From assembly GCA_964642915.1 (NCBI GenBank), contig CAZXPE010000002.1, forward strand, positions 1 through 46,580: DNA of 46,580 bases, in the 5' to 3' direction. The translations under genes were made by a program, and so were the position numbers. The notes below the pieces were generated by a model. It worked only from the letters and a program-made list of their open reading frames with translations. It was not told where the DNA came from and did no database searches. Of this stretch, positions 9,635 through 18,062 are shown piece by piece. Origin of the DNA: an uncultured bacterium. GTDB lineage: Bacteria > Methylomirabilota > Methylomirabilia > Rokubacteriales > CSP1-6. Positions within the stretch are counted from its first letter, which is position 1. Each line of letters opens with the position of its first letter.

Positions 9635-10146
9635 CGGCTCCGCTCCCGAATCCGCTCGGGCACGTACGCCATGCTCCTCGACTGGTTGGCCTTGATCTCC
9701 CAGATCCGCTCGCGGCATCTCGCGTAGAGGTCGAAGGCGAGCAGCGCCATCCCGTCGATCCTCTCCTCTACCGCCGTCAGATTTTCCCCATCAGCCGGCA
9801 GCCTGATCTCGCCACTCAACTCTTCCCTGATGACTTTCTTGAGCAGAAAGACGAAGCCGACGGCCTGGCTTGGGGTGAACTCCTGGACTGCCCGTATCCT
9901 CACCAAGCCGTCAAGAATCCGCTCGACCTTGTCTCTGTCCATCTCACCGATAAGCTCGTCGAAGAGCGCTGGAAGCGCCTCCTCAAAGGCGTGCCCCACC
10001 GGGTTGAGAAAGGGGTCTCTCTCCCGGGCCAGAATGCGAGCCGTCTGCTCGGGGTATGTCTCGAGCGCGCGCGAGAGCCACTCGTTCACGACGGCGCTTT
10101 TCTTCGCCGCCAGGGCTTTCATCAGCGGCTGGGAGGTCAGAGCCAC
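9631..10146 (-). CDS. dsrT: Small cytoplasmic helical protein in the dsrT position (RsbRD-N-terminal-like), between dsrH and dsrM
   Basis: 171 aa, no TM or cofactor motif. The call rests on gene order (E-F-H-T-M-K-J-O-P, as in published green-sulfur-bacterial dsr clusters) and on my recollection of the DsrT family. No search was run. Confidence 0.45.
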   Translation of the reverse strand: MALTSQPLMKALAAKKSAVVNEWLSRALETYPEQTARILARERDPFLNPVGHAFEEALPALFDELIGEMDRDKVERILDGLVRIRAVQEFTPSQAVGFVFLLKKVIREELSGEIRLPADGENLTAVEERIDGMALLAFDLYARCRERIWEIKANQSRSMAYVPERIRERSR

Positions 10147-10430
10147 GGCACGACGGGGTGCTGCTCTACCAGCTCAACGAAGCCGGAGTAGTCAACGACG
10201 CGGATACCTTCGATCCGGCGCTCGATCCCTCTGGCCTTGAGGTCGGCCTCCAGCGCATAGACCGGGTGACTGGCCAGGGCCTGGCGCACCAGCCCCTCCA
10301 TCGTGGTCCCGGCCTTAGCCGCATAGACCCCGTCCTCGTAGAGGAGAATTGGAGATCCGGCAGGGGCATACTGCAAGCAGCTTTCCAGATTCCGATGCGA
10401 GAAAGGCGATTTGTTCACAGTGAAGAGCAT
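10137..10430 (-). CDS. dsrH: DsrH (TusB-like) sulfur-relay subunit
   Basis: 97 aa. MLFTVNKSPF...ILLYEDGVYAA...VYALEADLKARG...VVDYSGFVELVEQHPVVPWL, a typical DsrH/TusB C-terminus. Confidence 0.85.
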   Translation of the reverse strand: MLFTVNKSPFSHRNLESCLQYAPAGSPILLYEDGVYAAKAGTTMEGLVRQALASHPVYALEADLKARGIERRIEGIRVVDYSGFVELVEQHPVVPWL

Positions 10431-10441
10431 TGTTCCCCTCG

Positions 10442-10852
10442 TCAGAACGGCAGGATCGCGTCCTGCTCTTGGAGAAGCCTCACCATCCCCTCGGTGTCGA
10501 GCAGCTCAGGCTTCAGCACTAGGTCGTCGAGGGTGAGGCTCCTCTCGTCCAGTGAGCGCTTGTCGGTATAAAAGCGCTCGATCTCAAAGTCGGGGAGGGC
10601 CGGGTAGGTCTTGGAGAGCGGCTTCATCTCAAGGCCGCTCGGGTCCTGCCCGCTCACGATGGCGAAGATCCCATCACCCTGAAAGGCCACTGAGATCTGG
10701 ATCGTCCCCTGCATCTGATAGGCCCCCATGATCAGGAGAGTCTGGAGCCCCTCCCAATTGTAGAGCGACCCGTAGGGAGCCTTGCGAAAAAGGACCAGCA
10801 CCTTCCTCGGAGAGCCTTCTTTGGGTTTTTCCTCGTTCTCGACGTGCTCCAT
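10442..10852 (-). CDS. dsrF: DsrF (TusC-like) sulfur-relay subunit
   Basis: 136 aa, DsrE/F fold pattern (KVLVLFRKAPYGS...VAFQGDGIFAIV). Middle gene of the E-F-H trio. Confidence 0.8.
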   Translation of the reverse strand: MEHVENEEKPKEGSPRKVLVLFRKAPYGSLYNWEGLQTLLIMGAYQMQGTIQISVAFQGDGIFAIVSGQDPSGLEMKPLSKTYPALPDFEIERFYTDKRSLDERSLTLDDLVLKPELLDTEGMVRLLQEQDAILPF

Positions 10853-10863
10853 AGCTCCCCCTC

Positions 10864-11220
10864 TCAGTCGCCGAAGGTGACGAAGCGGTCGGCCTCCTGG
10901 AGAAACTCAGCCAGGTTCCCGAGCCCCGAGATCTTCACGTTGGGAGTGGCGATCTCCTCGTTGAGGCCCCGGTAGGTCGAGTCGGTCACGCAGGCCACCA
11001 GCTTGACCCCCTGCGCCCCCAGATCTGACCAGCGCTTCGAGATCACCCGCTCGCCGGGAGGCTTCATGAACTTGTTGATGTTGTACACCCCGTCGGTGTA
11101 GAAGAAGACGCCGACGATCTCGTGCCCCTTGGCGCGCGCCGCTTTGATGAACTCCCAGGCGCTGTCGGCGGCCTGATGCTGGTACGGCCCCTCCTGAACC
11201 ATCACCCCGATCTTCATCAT
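10864..11220 (-). CDS. dsrE: DsrE (TusD-like) sulfur-relay subunit
   Basis: 118 aa. MMKIGVMVQEGPYQHQAADSAWEFIKAARAKGHEIVGVFFYTDGVYN...KLVACVTDSTYRG (conserved Cys)...ADRFVTFGD. ATGA overlap with the dsrN stop. Confidence 0.85.
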   Translation of the reverse strand: MMKIGVMVQEGPYQHQAADSAWEFIKAARAKGHEIVGVFFYTDGVYNINKFMKPPGERVISKRWSDLGAQGVKLVACVTDSTYRGLNEEIATPNVKISGLGNLAEFLQEADRFVTFGD

Positions 11221-12614
11221 CCTCTCCCCATTGCGTGGACTCTGCCTTCACGATGCGCCCGGGCCTGGGCGACCAGGCTGTCAGCCCATCCGGGCACGCT
11301 GAACGCGTGCAAGTGAGTGTAAGCGGCGAGGACGTTGCCGACCACCACGCCGTCTCTGCCGTCCCCGATCCCCTCCCCACGGGCGAGGCGGTAGGCGAAC
11401 TCAACCGGGCCCATGTTGGTGACCCGCGAGTAGTGGAACTCGTGGCCGCGAAACTCGGTCCCGGCTGGAAAGTACGGGTTCGCCCCGACCACCTTCACCT
11501 CGACGTAGCCGTGCCCCTGGGAGCGGCCGGTCATCTCCACATCGCACGGGACCGCTCCCACCATGGAGGCCGACCTCCCGTTCCAGGTGATCCGCCTGGA
11601 GAGATACATGAGGCCGGCGCACTCGGCATACACCGGGAGGCCGCCGGCGATGGCCTCCCTCAGTTCATGGCGCAGCCCCTCATTCGCCTCCAGCGGTTCG
11701 AGGAAGATCTCGGGGAAGCCGCCTCCCAGGTAAAGCCCATCCACTTCGGGCAGCGAGCGGTCTGCCAGGGTGTCAACGGGAACGATTCTGGCCCCCGCCG
11801 CTTCGAGGGCCTCCAGGTTCTCCGGGTAGTAGAAGGTGAACACGCGGTCCCGCGCCACGCCGAGCCTGACCTCGGGGGGGAGCGCTCTCCTCATAGGCTC
11901 GGACGGAGCGTGGAGCGGCGGGGCGCTCCTAGCCAGCTCCAGCACGGCGTCAAGGTCAACCGAATCCTCAACGGCGCGGCGGGCGGCTTCGATGGCGGGG
12001 AGGAGGCGCTCCTCTTCTTCTTTCGGCACCAGCCCCAGGTGGCGATCGGGAATCGCCAGGTCCGGGTCCCGGGGAAGGGCCCCGAGGAACTTTAGATCGG
12101 TGTGGCGGGAAACGGCCGCGGCGAGCTTGCCGCGATGGCGGGGATTCCCGACCCGATTCACGATCACTCCCCCGATGCGGACGCTCGGGTCAAAATCCCT
12201 GAATCCCCGGACGAGAGGCGCCACGCTCCCACCCATGCGGTCGGCGTCAACCACCAGAACCACGGGGGCTTGAAGCTGGCGCGCGATCGCGGCTGTCGTG
12301 TTCGCCGCGCCGTCGTCCTCAAGGCCATCGAAGAGGCCATGGGCCCCTTCGATCAGGGCCAGGTCGGCACCACGGCAGGCGGAGTGGAAACCGGCCATGA
12401 GCCGGTCGGGAGAGAAGAGAAAAAGGTCCAGGTTGCGGCAGGGGCGGCCGGCAGCCTCGCTGAGCCAGCTCGGGTCGATGTAATCGGGACCCTTCTTGAA
12501 CGGCTGGACTACCACGCCGCGCCGGGAGAGCGCCGCGGCGAGGCCGATGGCGAAGGTCGTCTTCCCCGAGCGACCCTGGGGCGCCGAGATCACCAGGCGT
12601 GGAATCGCGAGCAC
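11217..12614 (-). CDS. dsrN: Cobyrinic acid a,c-diamide synthase family amidotransferase; DsrN (sirohaem amidase) by context
   Basis: 465 aa. P-loop GRSGKTT, CbiA/CobB N-domain and C-terminal GATase-like domain (YAECAGLMYL). Sits between tusA and dsrE. Confidence 0.8.
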   Translation of the reverse strand: MLAIPRLVISAPQGRSGKTTFAIGLAAALSRRGVVVQPFKKGPDYIDPSWLSEAAGRPCRNLDLFLFSPDRLMAGFHSACRGADLALIEGAHGLFDGLEDDGAANTTAAIARQLQAPVVLVVDADRMGGSVAPLVRGFRDFDPSVRIGGVIVNRVGNPRHRGKLAAAVSRHTDLKFLGALPRDPDLAIPDRHLGLVPKEEEERLLPAIEAARRAVEDSVDLDAVLELARSAPPLHAPSEPMRRALPPEVRLGVARDRVFTFYYPENLEALEAAGARIVPVDTLADRSLPEVDGLYLGGGFPEIFLEPLEANEGLRHELREAIAGGLPVYAECAGLMYLSRRITWNGRSASMVGAVPCDVEMTGRSQGHGYVEVKVVGANPYFPAGTEFRGHEFHYSRVTNMGPVEFAYRLARGEGIGDGRDGVVVGNVLAAYTHLHAFSVPGWADSLVAQARAHREGRVHAMGRG

Positions 12615-12645
12615 GCGCTGAGCCTCGCCTCTTCCTTCCTTCCGC

Positions 12646-12885
12646 TCAGGCTCCTTTCTTCACGTAGTAGATAAAGCGGCCCCCGTCTTCGCGTGTCCCG
12701 AGGAGCGCGTTGTTGGTGCGCTGGCAGAAGGCCGGAACGTCGTCCTTTGACCCCCGGTCGGTGGCGATCAGCTCGATGACCTGCCCCGACTGGCACTGAG
12801 CGATAGCTTTGGAGAGTTTCAGGATCGGCATAGGACAGGCCAAACCAGTGCAATCGAGGGTGAGATCGGCAGCAGGTTCTGTCAT
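12646..12885 (-). CDS. tusA: TusA/SirA-family sulfur carrier
   Basis: Start at ATG 12885 (MTEPAADLTLDCTGLACPMPILKLSKAI, CPxP motif), preceded by GGGAGG 5 nt upstream. The longer ORF-track form (to 13041) runs through the AT-rich promoter region. Confidence 0.85.
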   Translation of the reverse strand: MTEPAADLTLDCTGLACPMPILKLSKAIAQCQSGQVIELIATDRGSKDDVPAFCQRTNNALLGTREDGGRFIYYVKKGA

Positions 12886-12916
12886 GGAAACCTCCCGAAT
12901 TTGAAGGCTTGGGGAC

Positions 12917-12988
12917 TCAACGGACCTCTCAACTCTTTTGACGTGACTTATCGCCGATACGTTAGCCCAGGTCAATGAAGCATTGACA
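12917..12988 (-). promoter_or_regulatory. Candidate sigma70 promoter plus conserved leader box for the tusA-dsr operon; overlapping palindrome in the divergent intergenic region
   Basis: Minus strand: TTGACC (12975-12970), 18-nt spacer, ATAAGT (12951-12946), then GAGTTGAGAGGTCCGTTGA (12935-12917). Perfect palindrome GTCAATG-aag-CATTGAC at 12971-12987 overlaps this -35 and a plus-strand TTGACA (12983-12988). The same blocks recur at 24058-24127. Confidence 0.5.
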
Positions 12989-13095
12989 TTAATTTTACAT
13001 GACAATTGATCTATTTCAAGGGCCCCTCCAGGGGTCGTCACTCCTGCAAGCCAGCGGCGCCGGATCGTGGTAGAGTCCTATAGGGCCGCTCAGCC

Positions 13096-14097
13096 ATGGC
13101 GCGTTTCATCTCCGTCATCATCCCCAACCGAAACGGCGAGGCGACGATCGGCAAGTGTCTCGAAGCCGCCCTGGCCTCGCGCTACGAGCCCTTCGAGGTG
13201 ATCGTGGTGGATGACTGCTCGGAGGACCGCTCCGTCGAGATCATCCGGGAGTTCCCCTGCAAGCTCCTCCGGCTGGAGAAGCACTCAGGGGCGTCTAAGG
13301 CGAGAAACGTCGGCGCGTCGAACAGCGCGGGGGAGGCCCTCTTCTTCACGGATGCCGATTGCCTTCTCCTGGAGGACACCCTTGCCGTCGCCGACAGGAC
13401 CCTCGCCGCCACGGGCCGGGGCGTGGTGGTGGGCGGCACTTACACGATGGCGCCTCACGACAAGGGCTTCTTCAGCCTCTTTCAATCCGCCTTCATCAAC
13501 TACTCTGAGACCAGGAACGCCGGGCGCCCTGACTACATAGCCGCCCACGCGATGGCCATCGACGCCGAGACCTTCAGGAGGAACAAAGGCTTTGCCGAGG
13601 AGTTCCTGCCGATCCTGGAGGACGTGGAGATGAGCCACAGGCTCAGGAGGGCGGGACATCGGCTGGTCATAAACCCCGAGCTTACGGTCCAGCACATCTT
13701 CAACTTCTCGTTGCTGGGATCACTTCGGAACGCGCTGAGAAAATCCCTCTACTGGACCATCTATTCCCTCGGGAACAGAGACCTGCTCGCAGATTCAGGA
13801 ACGGCTTCAACCGGACTCAAAATCAACGGCGCGGCATACGTCCTCACTGCTCTTTCCCTGATTCTCGGGCTCTCGACTGGACAGATGCTCTTCCTGTCTC
13901 CCGTCCCTCCAGTGATCGCTCTCAACCTTCTCGTGAACGTGGGATTGATCCGGGCCTTCTTCCGCGCCGGGGGACCCGCTTTCGCCGTCGCAGCGGCGGC
14001 GTACTACGTCATGGCCTATCCGCTGGCCGTCGGAGCGGGCGCCCTGGTCGGCGTCCTGAGATACCTCGCCCTGAGCGCAAGGCCGGGGGAGGCATGA
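13096..14097 (+). CDS. Family 2 glycosyltransferase with C-terminal membrane segments
   Basis: 333 aa. ISVIIPNRNGEATIGKCLEAAL...EVIVVDDCSEDRS...FFTDADCLL (GT2 DxD region). Hydrophobic C-terminal third. Confidence 0.8.
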   Translation: MARFISVIIPNRNGEATIGKCLEAALASRYEPFEVIVVDDCSEDRSVEIIREFPCKLLRLEKHSGASKARNVGASNSAGEALFFTDADCLLLEDTLAVADRTLAATGRGVVVGGTYTMAPHDKGFFSLFQSAFINYSETRNAGRPDYIAAHAMAIDAETFRRNKGFAEEFLPILEDVEMSHRLRRAGHRLVINPELTVQHIFNFSLLGSLRNALRKSLYWTIYSLGNRDLLADSGTASTGLKINGAAYVLTALSLILGLSTGQMLFLSPVPPVIALNLLVNVGLIRAFFRAGGPAFAVAAAAYYVMAYPLAVGAGALVGVLRYLALSARPGEA

Positions 14098-15179
14098 CCA
14101 TGAACTCGCCGCTTCGCCACCTCGGCTCCATCATCTGGAAGAGAAGGCCCATCCATCTCACATTTTTCGTAACCCGGAAATGCGACATGAGGTGCCCCTT
14201 CTGCTTTTACCTCAGGGGGTCGGAGAAGCGCGAGGCCGATGACGCCGAGCTGTCTCTGGACGAGATACGGAAGATCTCAGGCTCGCTCGGCAATCTCCTC
14301 TGGCTCGCGTTCTCAGGCGGCGAGATCTTCCTGAGAGATGACCTCGTCGAGATAAGCCGGCTTTTCTATGACAGCAATAAGCCTGCGATCATGCTCTACC
14401 CCACCAACGGCCAGCGCCCGCAGCGCATTCGGGAGGCGACCGAAGAGATCCTCAAATCCTGCCCGGGGAGCGTCGTCGTCGTGAAGCTCTCCCTCGACGG
14501 GCTCTACGGCGACCACGACGCCCTCAGGGGGAAACGCGGCAGCTTTGAGAAAACCATGGAAACCCACCGCCTGCTCGGAGAGCTGCCCGCCCGATATCCT
14601 CACTTCGAGCTTGGGATCAACACGGTCCTCTGCTCTGAGAACCAGGACAGGATGGAAGAGATGGTCGAGTTCGTCAGCGGCCTGGAGCACGTCAGGACGC
14701 ACACCATCTCCATCGTCCGCGGGGACCTCCTTGACGAGAGCTATAAAAACGTGGACGCCTCGAGCTACGAGCGCGCGATCCGCAGGCTGGAGAAGGACGT
14801 AAAAAACGGCCCTCGCCGCCTCTACCGCTTCAAGGGGGCCAGGTTGAAGGCGGCTCAGGATTCATTGCAGCGCCGCCTGATCCATCGCACGCTGCTCGAG
14901 AAGAAACGGCTCACATCCTGCTACGCGGGACGGCTGAACCTGGTCCTCACTGAGACCGGAGAAGTCTATCCCTGCGAGATGCTCTCCGAGAGCTTCGGGA
15001 ACGTCAGGAACTATGATTATGACCTTAAGAGGATCGTCAGGTCGGATAGAGCCGTGGCGATCACGCGGTCGATCAGTGACGGCCGGTGCCACTGCACTCA
15101 CGAGTGCTACTTTATGACGAACATCCTCTTCAACCCGAGGTGGTACCCCGCCCTGGCCCGGGAATATCTGCGGCTGTGA
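14094..15179 (+). CDS. Radical SAM protein with C-terminal SPASM/twitch-like Cys cluster
   Basis: 361 aa. CDMRCPFCFY (CX3CX2C) near the N-terminus, C-terminal ...CYAGR...YPCEML...GRCHCTHEC. ATGA overlap with the GT2 stop. Confidence 0.8.
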   Translation: MTMNSPLRHLGSIIWKRRPIHLTFFVTRKCDMRCPFCFYLRGSEKREADDAELSLDEIRKISGSLGNLLWLAFSGGEIFLRDDLVEISRLFYDSNKPAIMLYPTNGQRPQRIREATEEILKSCPGSVVVVKLSLDGLYGDHDALRGKRGSFEKTMETHRLLGELPARYPHFELGINTVLCSENQDRMEEMVEFVSGLEHVRTHTISIVRGDLLDESYKNVDASSYERAIRRLEKDVKNGPRRLYRFKGARLKAAQDSLQRRLIHRTLLEKKRLTSCYAGRLNLVLTETGEVYPCEMLSESFGNVRNYDYDLKRIVRSDRAVAITRSISDGRCHCTHECYFMTNILFNPRWYPALAREYLRL

Positions 15180-16656
15180 GCCCCCTCCAGCCGGCCGGCG
15201 TCGCGGCTTCTTTGCCGCGCCTCTCGAGCAGGCCCTTCCCTGCCCACAGCCAGAAAAGGCTCCTGAGGCCCATGAAGGCGGCGACCAGGTCGTCGAGGTT
15301 CCTGATCCCGAAAAGCCTCCTCAGCAGGAACGAAGGCCTGGAATAGAACCTCCGAAACGCGATCTGGCGGAGCGCCAAAATCTTCTGTCTCGTCATGCTG
15401 TCGGGGACAAAAGCAGCGCCCTGGTAGGTGTAGTCGGAGAGGTCGCCTGAGACCGTGCCGTATTGCTCGCGGCGGTCGTAGAGGTCGGTCCCGGGAAACG
15501 GCGTGAGGGCGTGGAAGTTCGCGATGTCGGGGTCTAGCTCCAGGGCGAACTCGATCGTCCTCAACCCTTCTTCAAATGTCTCCCCGGGGATGCCGAAGAG
15601 AAACGGCGTGCTGACCTTGAGGCCGGCTTCCTTCGCAGCCCTGACGGCCCTGCGGGTCTGGTCGAGGGTGATCCCCTTCCTTATCGCGTTCAGGTTCTTC
15701 TGGACTCCGCTTTCGGCGCCGAGAAGGATCGCCCAGCAGCCGGCCTCCTTGAAGGCCCTGAGGAGAGGCGCGTCCACCTGATTGACGCAGGCGGAGGCGA
15801 ACCACACGACGTCAAGCCGGCGGGCCTTGATCTCCAGAGCGATCCGCATGGCCCTCTGGTAATCGGCGGCGAAGGAGTCGTCGAGGAACTTGATCTCCCT
15901 GTAGCCCTGACCGACGCACAGCTCGATCTCCTCCAGGACGTTCTCGACGCTCCGGTAGCGTACCCCCCTTGCGCCGCCCTTTCTCTCCCTGTCTATCTGG
16001 AAGCAGAATAGGCACCGCCGGCTGCACCCTCTCGAGGCGATCATCACCGCCACCGGCTTCCTCCTGTATGTGCCCGGCGGGGGGATGTAGCGGCCCGCGT
16101 CGCCCAGAAGCTCCCTGGCCGGAAACGGGATGGAATCGAGGTCGGAGATCAGGGGCCGCGGCGGGTTCTCAACCACCTCGTCGCCAGACCTGAAAACGAC
16201 TCCCGGCACTCCTTCAAAGCTCTTCCCGCCCTGGAGCCTTTCGACCGCTTCGACCACCGTCCACTCGCCTTCGCCTGTCACCGCCGCGTCAAAGCTCTCG
16301 CCTCCCCGGCCCAGGCATCCCGCCCGCTCGGCTATCGGATAGGGCCCGCCGGCGCAGGTGAAGATCTCCCGGTCGAGCCTCTTCACATCCGCCGCGGTTC
16401 TGAGGGCCTTCGGCCAGCCGAACGCGGTGGAGTAGATGCCCGCGAACTCAGGCCTCCACTCGCCGACCCCGGCCATGATCTCCTCGTGGGTCATGAACGC
16501 TCCGTTGAAGAACCTCACCTCGTGACCGGCCTTGAGCAGGCATGAGGCCACGTACAGGGTGCCCAGGGGCTGCCAATAATTGATCTGCGAGCCTGCCGTC
16601 TTCGAGGAGAAAATCTCCAGCGGCACCCACGCAGGTATGATCAGGGCGCACTTCAT
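15130..16656 (-). CDS. B12-binding-domain radical SAM protein (class B)
   Basis: 508 aa. N-terminal Rossmann-like B12-binding region (MKCALIIPAW...LGTLYVASCLLKAGHEVRFF), radical SAM core RGCSRRCLFCFQ. Its 3' end overlaps the convergent radical SAM gene by 50 nt. Confidence 0.8.
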   Translation of the reverse strand: MKCALIIPAWVPLEIFSSKTAGSQINYWQPLGTLYVASCLLKAGHEVRFFNGAFMTHEEIMAGVGEWRPEFAGIYSTAFGWPKALRTAADVKRLDREIFTCAGGPYPIAERAGCLGRGGESFDAAVTGEGEWTVVEAVERLQGGKSFEGVPGVVFRSGDEVVENPPRPLISDLDSIPFPARELLGDAGRYIPPPGTYRRKPVAVMIASRGCSRRCLFCFQIDRERKGGARGVRYRSVENVLEEIELCVGQGYREIKFLDDSFAADYQRAMRIALEIKARRLDVVWFASACVNQVDAPLLRAFKEAGCWAILLGAESGVQKNLNAIRKGITLDQTRRAVRAAKEAGLKVSTPFLFGIPGETFEEGLRTIEFALELDPDIANFHALTPFPGTDLYDRREQYGTVSGDLSDYTYQGAAFVPDSMTRQKILALRQIAFRRFYSRPSFLLRRLFGIRNLDDLVAAFMGLRSLFWLWAGKGLLERRGKEAATPAGWRGLTAADIPGPGRGTTSG

Positions 16657-18062
16657 CAGCGCGTCCCCGCCAAGGCCGGCTCGTCCCGATCAGCTTCCGG
16701 CGCCGGGCCGCCCCCCTCCAGGATCCGCTCAGCCGCCTCGATGCCTGACGCGATCGCGTGGTCCATGTTCATGTAAGCGAACGCTCCGCTCCTGCCGGCG
16801 ATGTGCAGGTTCTCAAACCGGGCCAGGTAGTCGCAGATCCTCTCCTGGTGCTCCCTGTACCCCACCTCGAACAGCGGATACGCGTTCGGGATCCGCAGAA
16901 CGACGGCGTCCTCGACTTCACGCCTTCCGATGAACCCCAGCCTCTCCAGATGAGCGGTCGTGGTCTCGATCAGCTCCCCGTCTGTCGCCCCCCAGGTGCC
17001 GTCGCCGCGTGAGCAGAAGTGCTCCGCCACCAGGAGCGTCTTACCCTCCGGGGCCATCTTCGGGCTCCAGTTAGTGGGCTCGTGGATCCTGCTGAACGGG
17101 ATCCGCCGATCGGGCACGTAGATCCAGGTCTGGTCGGTGACCCTCTCGCAGCCCACCATGACGGCCACGACAACGAGGTCACGGTATCTCAGCTTCGAGG
17201 CGGCTTCGAGCACGCCCTGAGGCGCCTTCGGATGGAGCATCCTCACGAGCGACGTGAGAGGGATCGTGGAGATAAACTCGTCGCCCTCAAACGCGCGCTC
17301 CCGGCCGCCGTCCTCGGCGATCACGCGCTCAACCCGCGCGGCGCTATGCTCCAGCCTCTCGGCTCGGGCGCTCGTGAGAACACGGTTTCTCAGGTCGATT
17401 TCCTCCCTCATCCGTTCTGCGATCCGGCCTATACCCAGAGGAGGGTAGAGGAACTCCTCAGCGAGAGTCGCCACACCCTCGCCTGCCGACCCGAACAGGG
17501 CCTTCCTGATCGCCACCCCCAGGGAGAGCCCCTGGATGCGCCGCTCAGCCCACTCCATCGAGATCCGGTCGCACTCGATCCCCCAGACCTTCTCGCTGTA
17601 CTCCTTGAAATAGATCCTGAACATAGTGCGTCCAAACCGGCCGACGACCCACTCTTCGAGAGAGCCGTCCCGCGGACTTTTGAAGCTGCTCTTGAGGCGC
17701 TCAACCGCGTAATCGAGGAGAATGCGGGCCGTCGTCCGAACCCCCAGGCCGGAGACGGCGTTCAGCGGCTTCAGCGGATAGTCGATGTATCTCCGGCCCA
17801 GAAGAATCTGGCTCTTGCGGGGTACCGCCGCGAGCTCACGGCCCATCAGCTCGCGCAGGAAGGCTTCGATCCGCTTGTCTTTAGTGAAGAACCTGTGACC
17901 GCCGAGATCAAACCTGAAGGCGCCGTGGGAGACCGTCCTTGCCAGCCCTCCCACGGCGGAGTCGCGCTCCAGCACCAGCACGCTCTTGCGCGCCCGTGCA
18001 AGAGCGACACCGGCGGACAGCCCGGCGAGGCCGCCGCCGAGAATGACTGTGGGATTGTTCAC
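16656..18062 (-). CDS. NAD(P)/FAD-dependent oxidoreductase (amine-oxidase / UDP-galactopyranose-mutase-like fold)
   Basis: Dinucleotide motif VILGGGLAGLSAGVAL...VLERDSAVGGLA. Probable GTG start at 18062 forms a GTGA overlap with the stop of the Gly-rich ORF. The Arg-rich extension to 18329 in the ORF track is an alternative-frame reading of the Gly-repeat DNA. Exact start uncertain. Confidence 0.7.
   Translation of the reverse strand: MNNPTVILGGGLAGLSAGVALARARKSVLVLERDSAVGGLARTVSHGAFRFDLGGHRFFTKDKRIEAFLRELMGRELAAVPRKSQILLGRRYIDYPLKPLNAVSGLGVRTTARILLDYAVERLKSSFKSPRDGSLEEWVVGRFGRTMFRIYFKEYSEKVWGIECDRISMEWAERRIQGLSLGVAIRKALFGSAGEGVATLAEEFLYPPLGIGRIAERMREEIDLRNRVLTSARAERLEHSAARVERVIAEDGGRERAFEGDEFISTIPLTSLVRMLHPKAPQGVLEAASKLRYRDLVVVAVMVGCERVTDQTWIYVPDRRIPFSRIHEPTNWSPKMAPEGKTLLVAEHFCSRGDGTWGATDGELIETTTAHLERLGFIGRREVEDAVVLRIPNAYPLFEVGYREHQERICDYLARFENLHIAGRSGAFAYMNMDHAIASGIEAAERILEGGGPAPEADRDEPALAGTR

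Noticed and set aside
12983-13095. A plus-strand promoter for the GT2 gene (TTGACA at 12983-12988).
   Set aside because: I could not find a convincing -10 hexamer at 16-19 nt spacing. I mention it only as part of the palindrome observation and do not call it as a feature.
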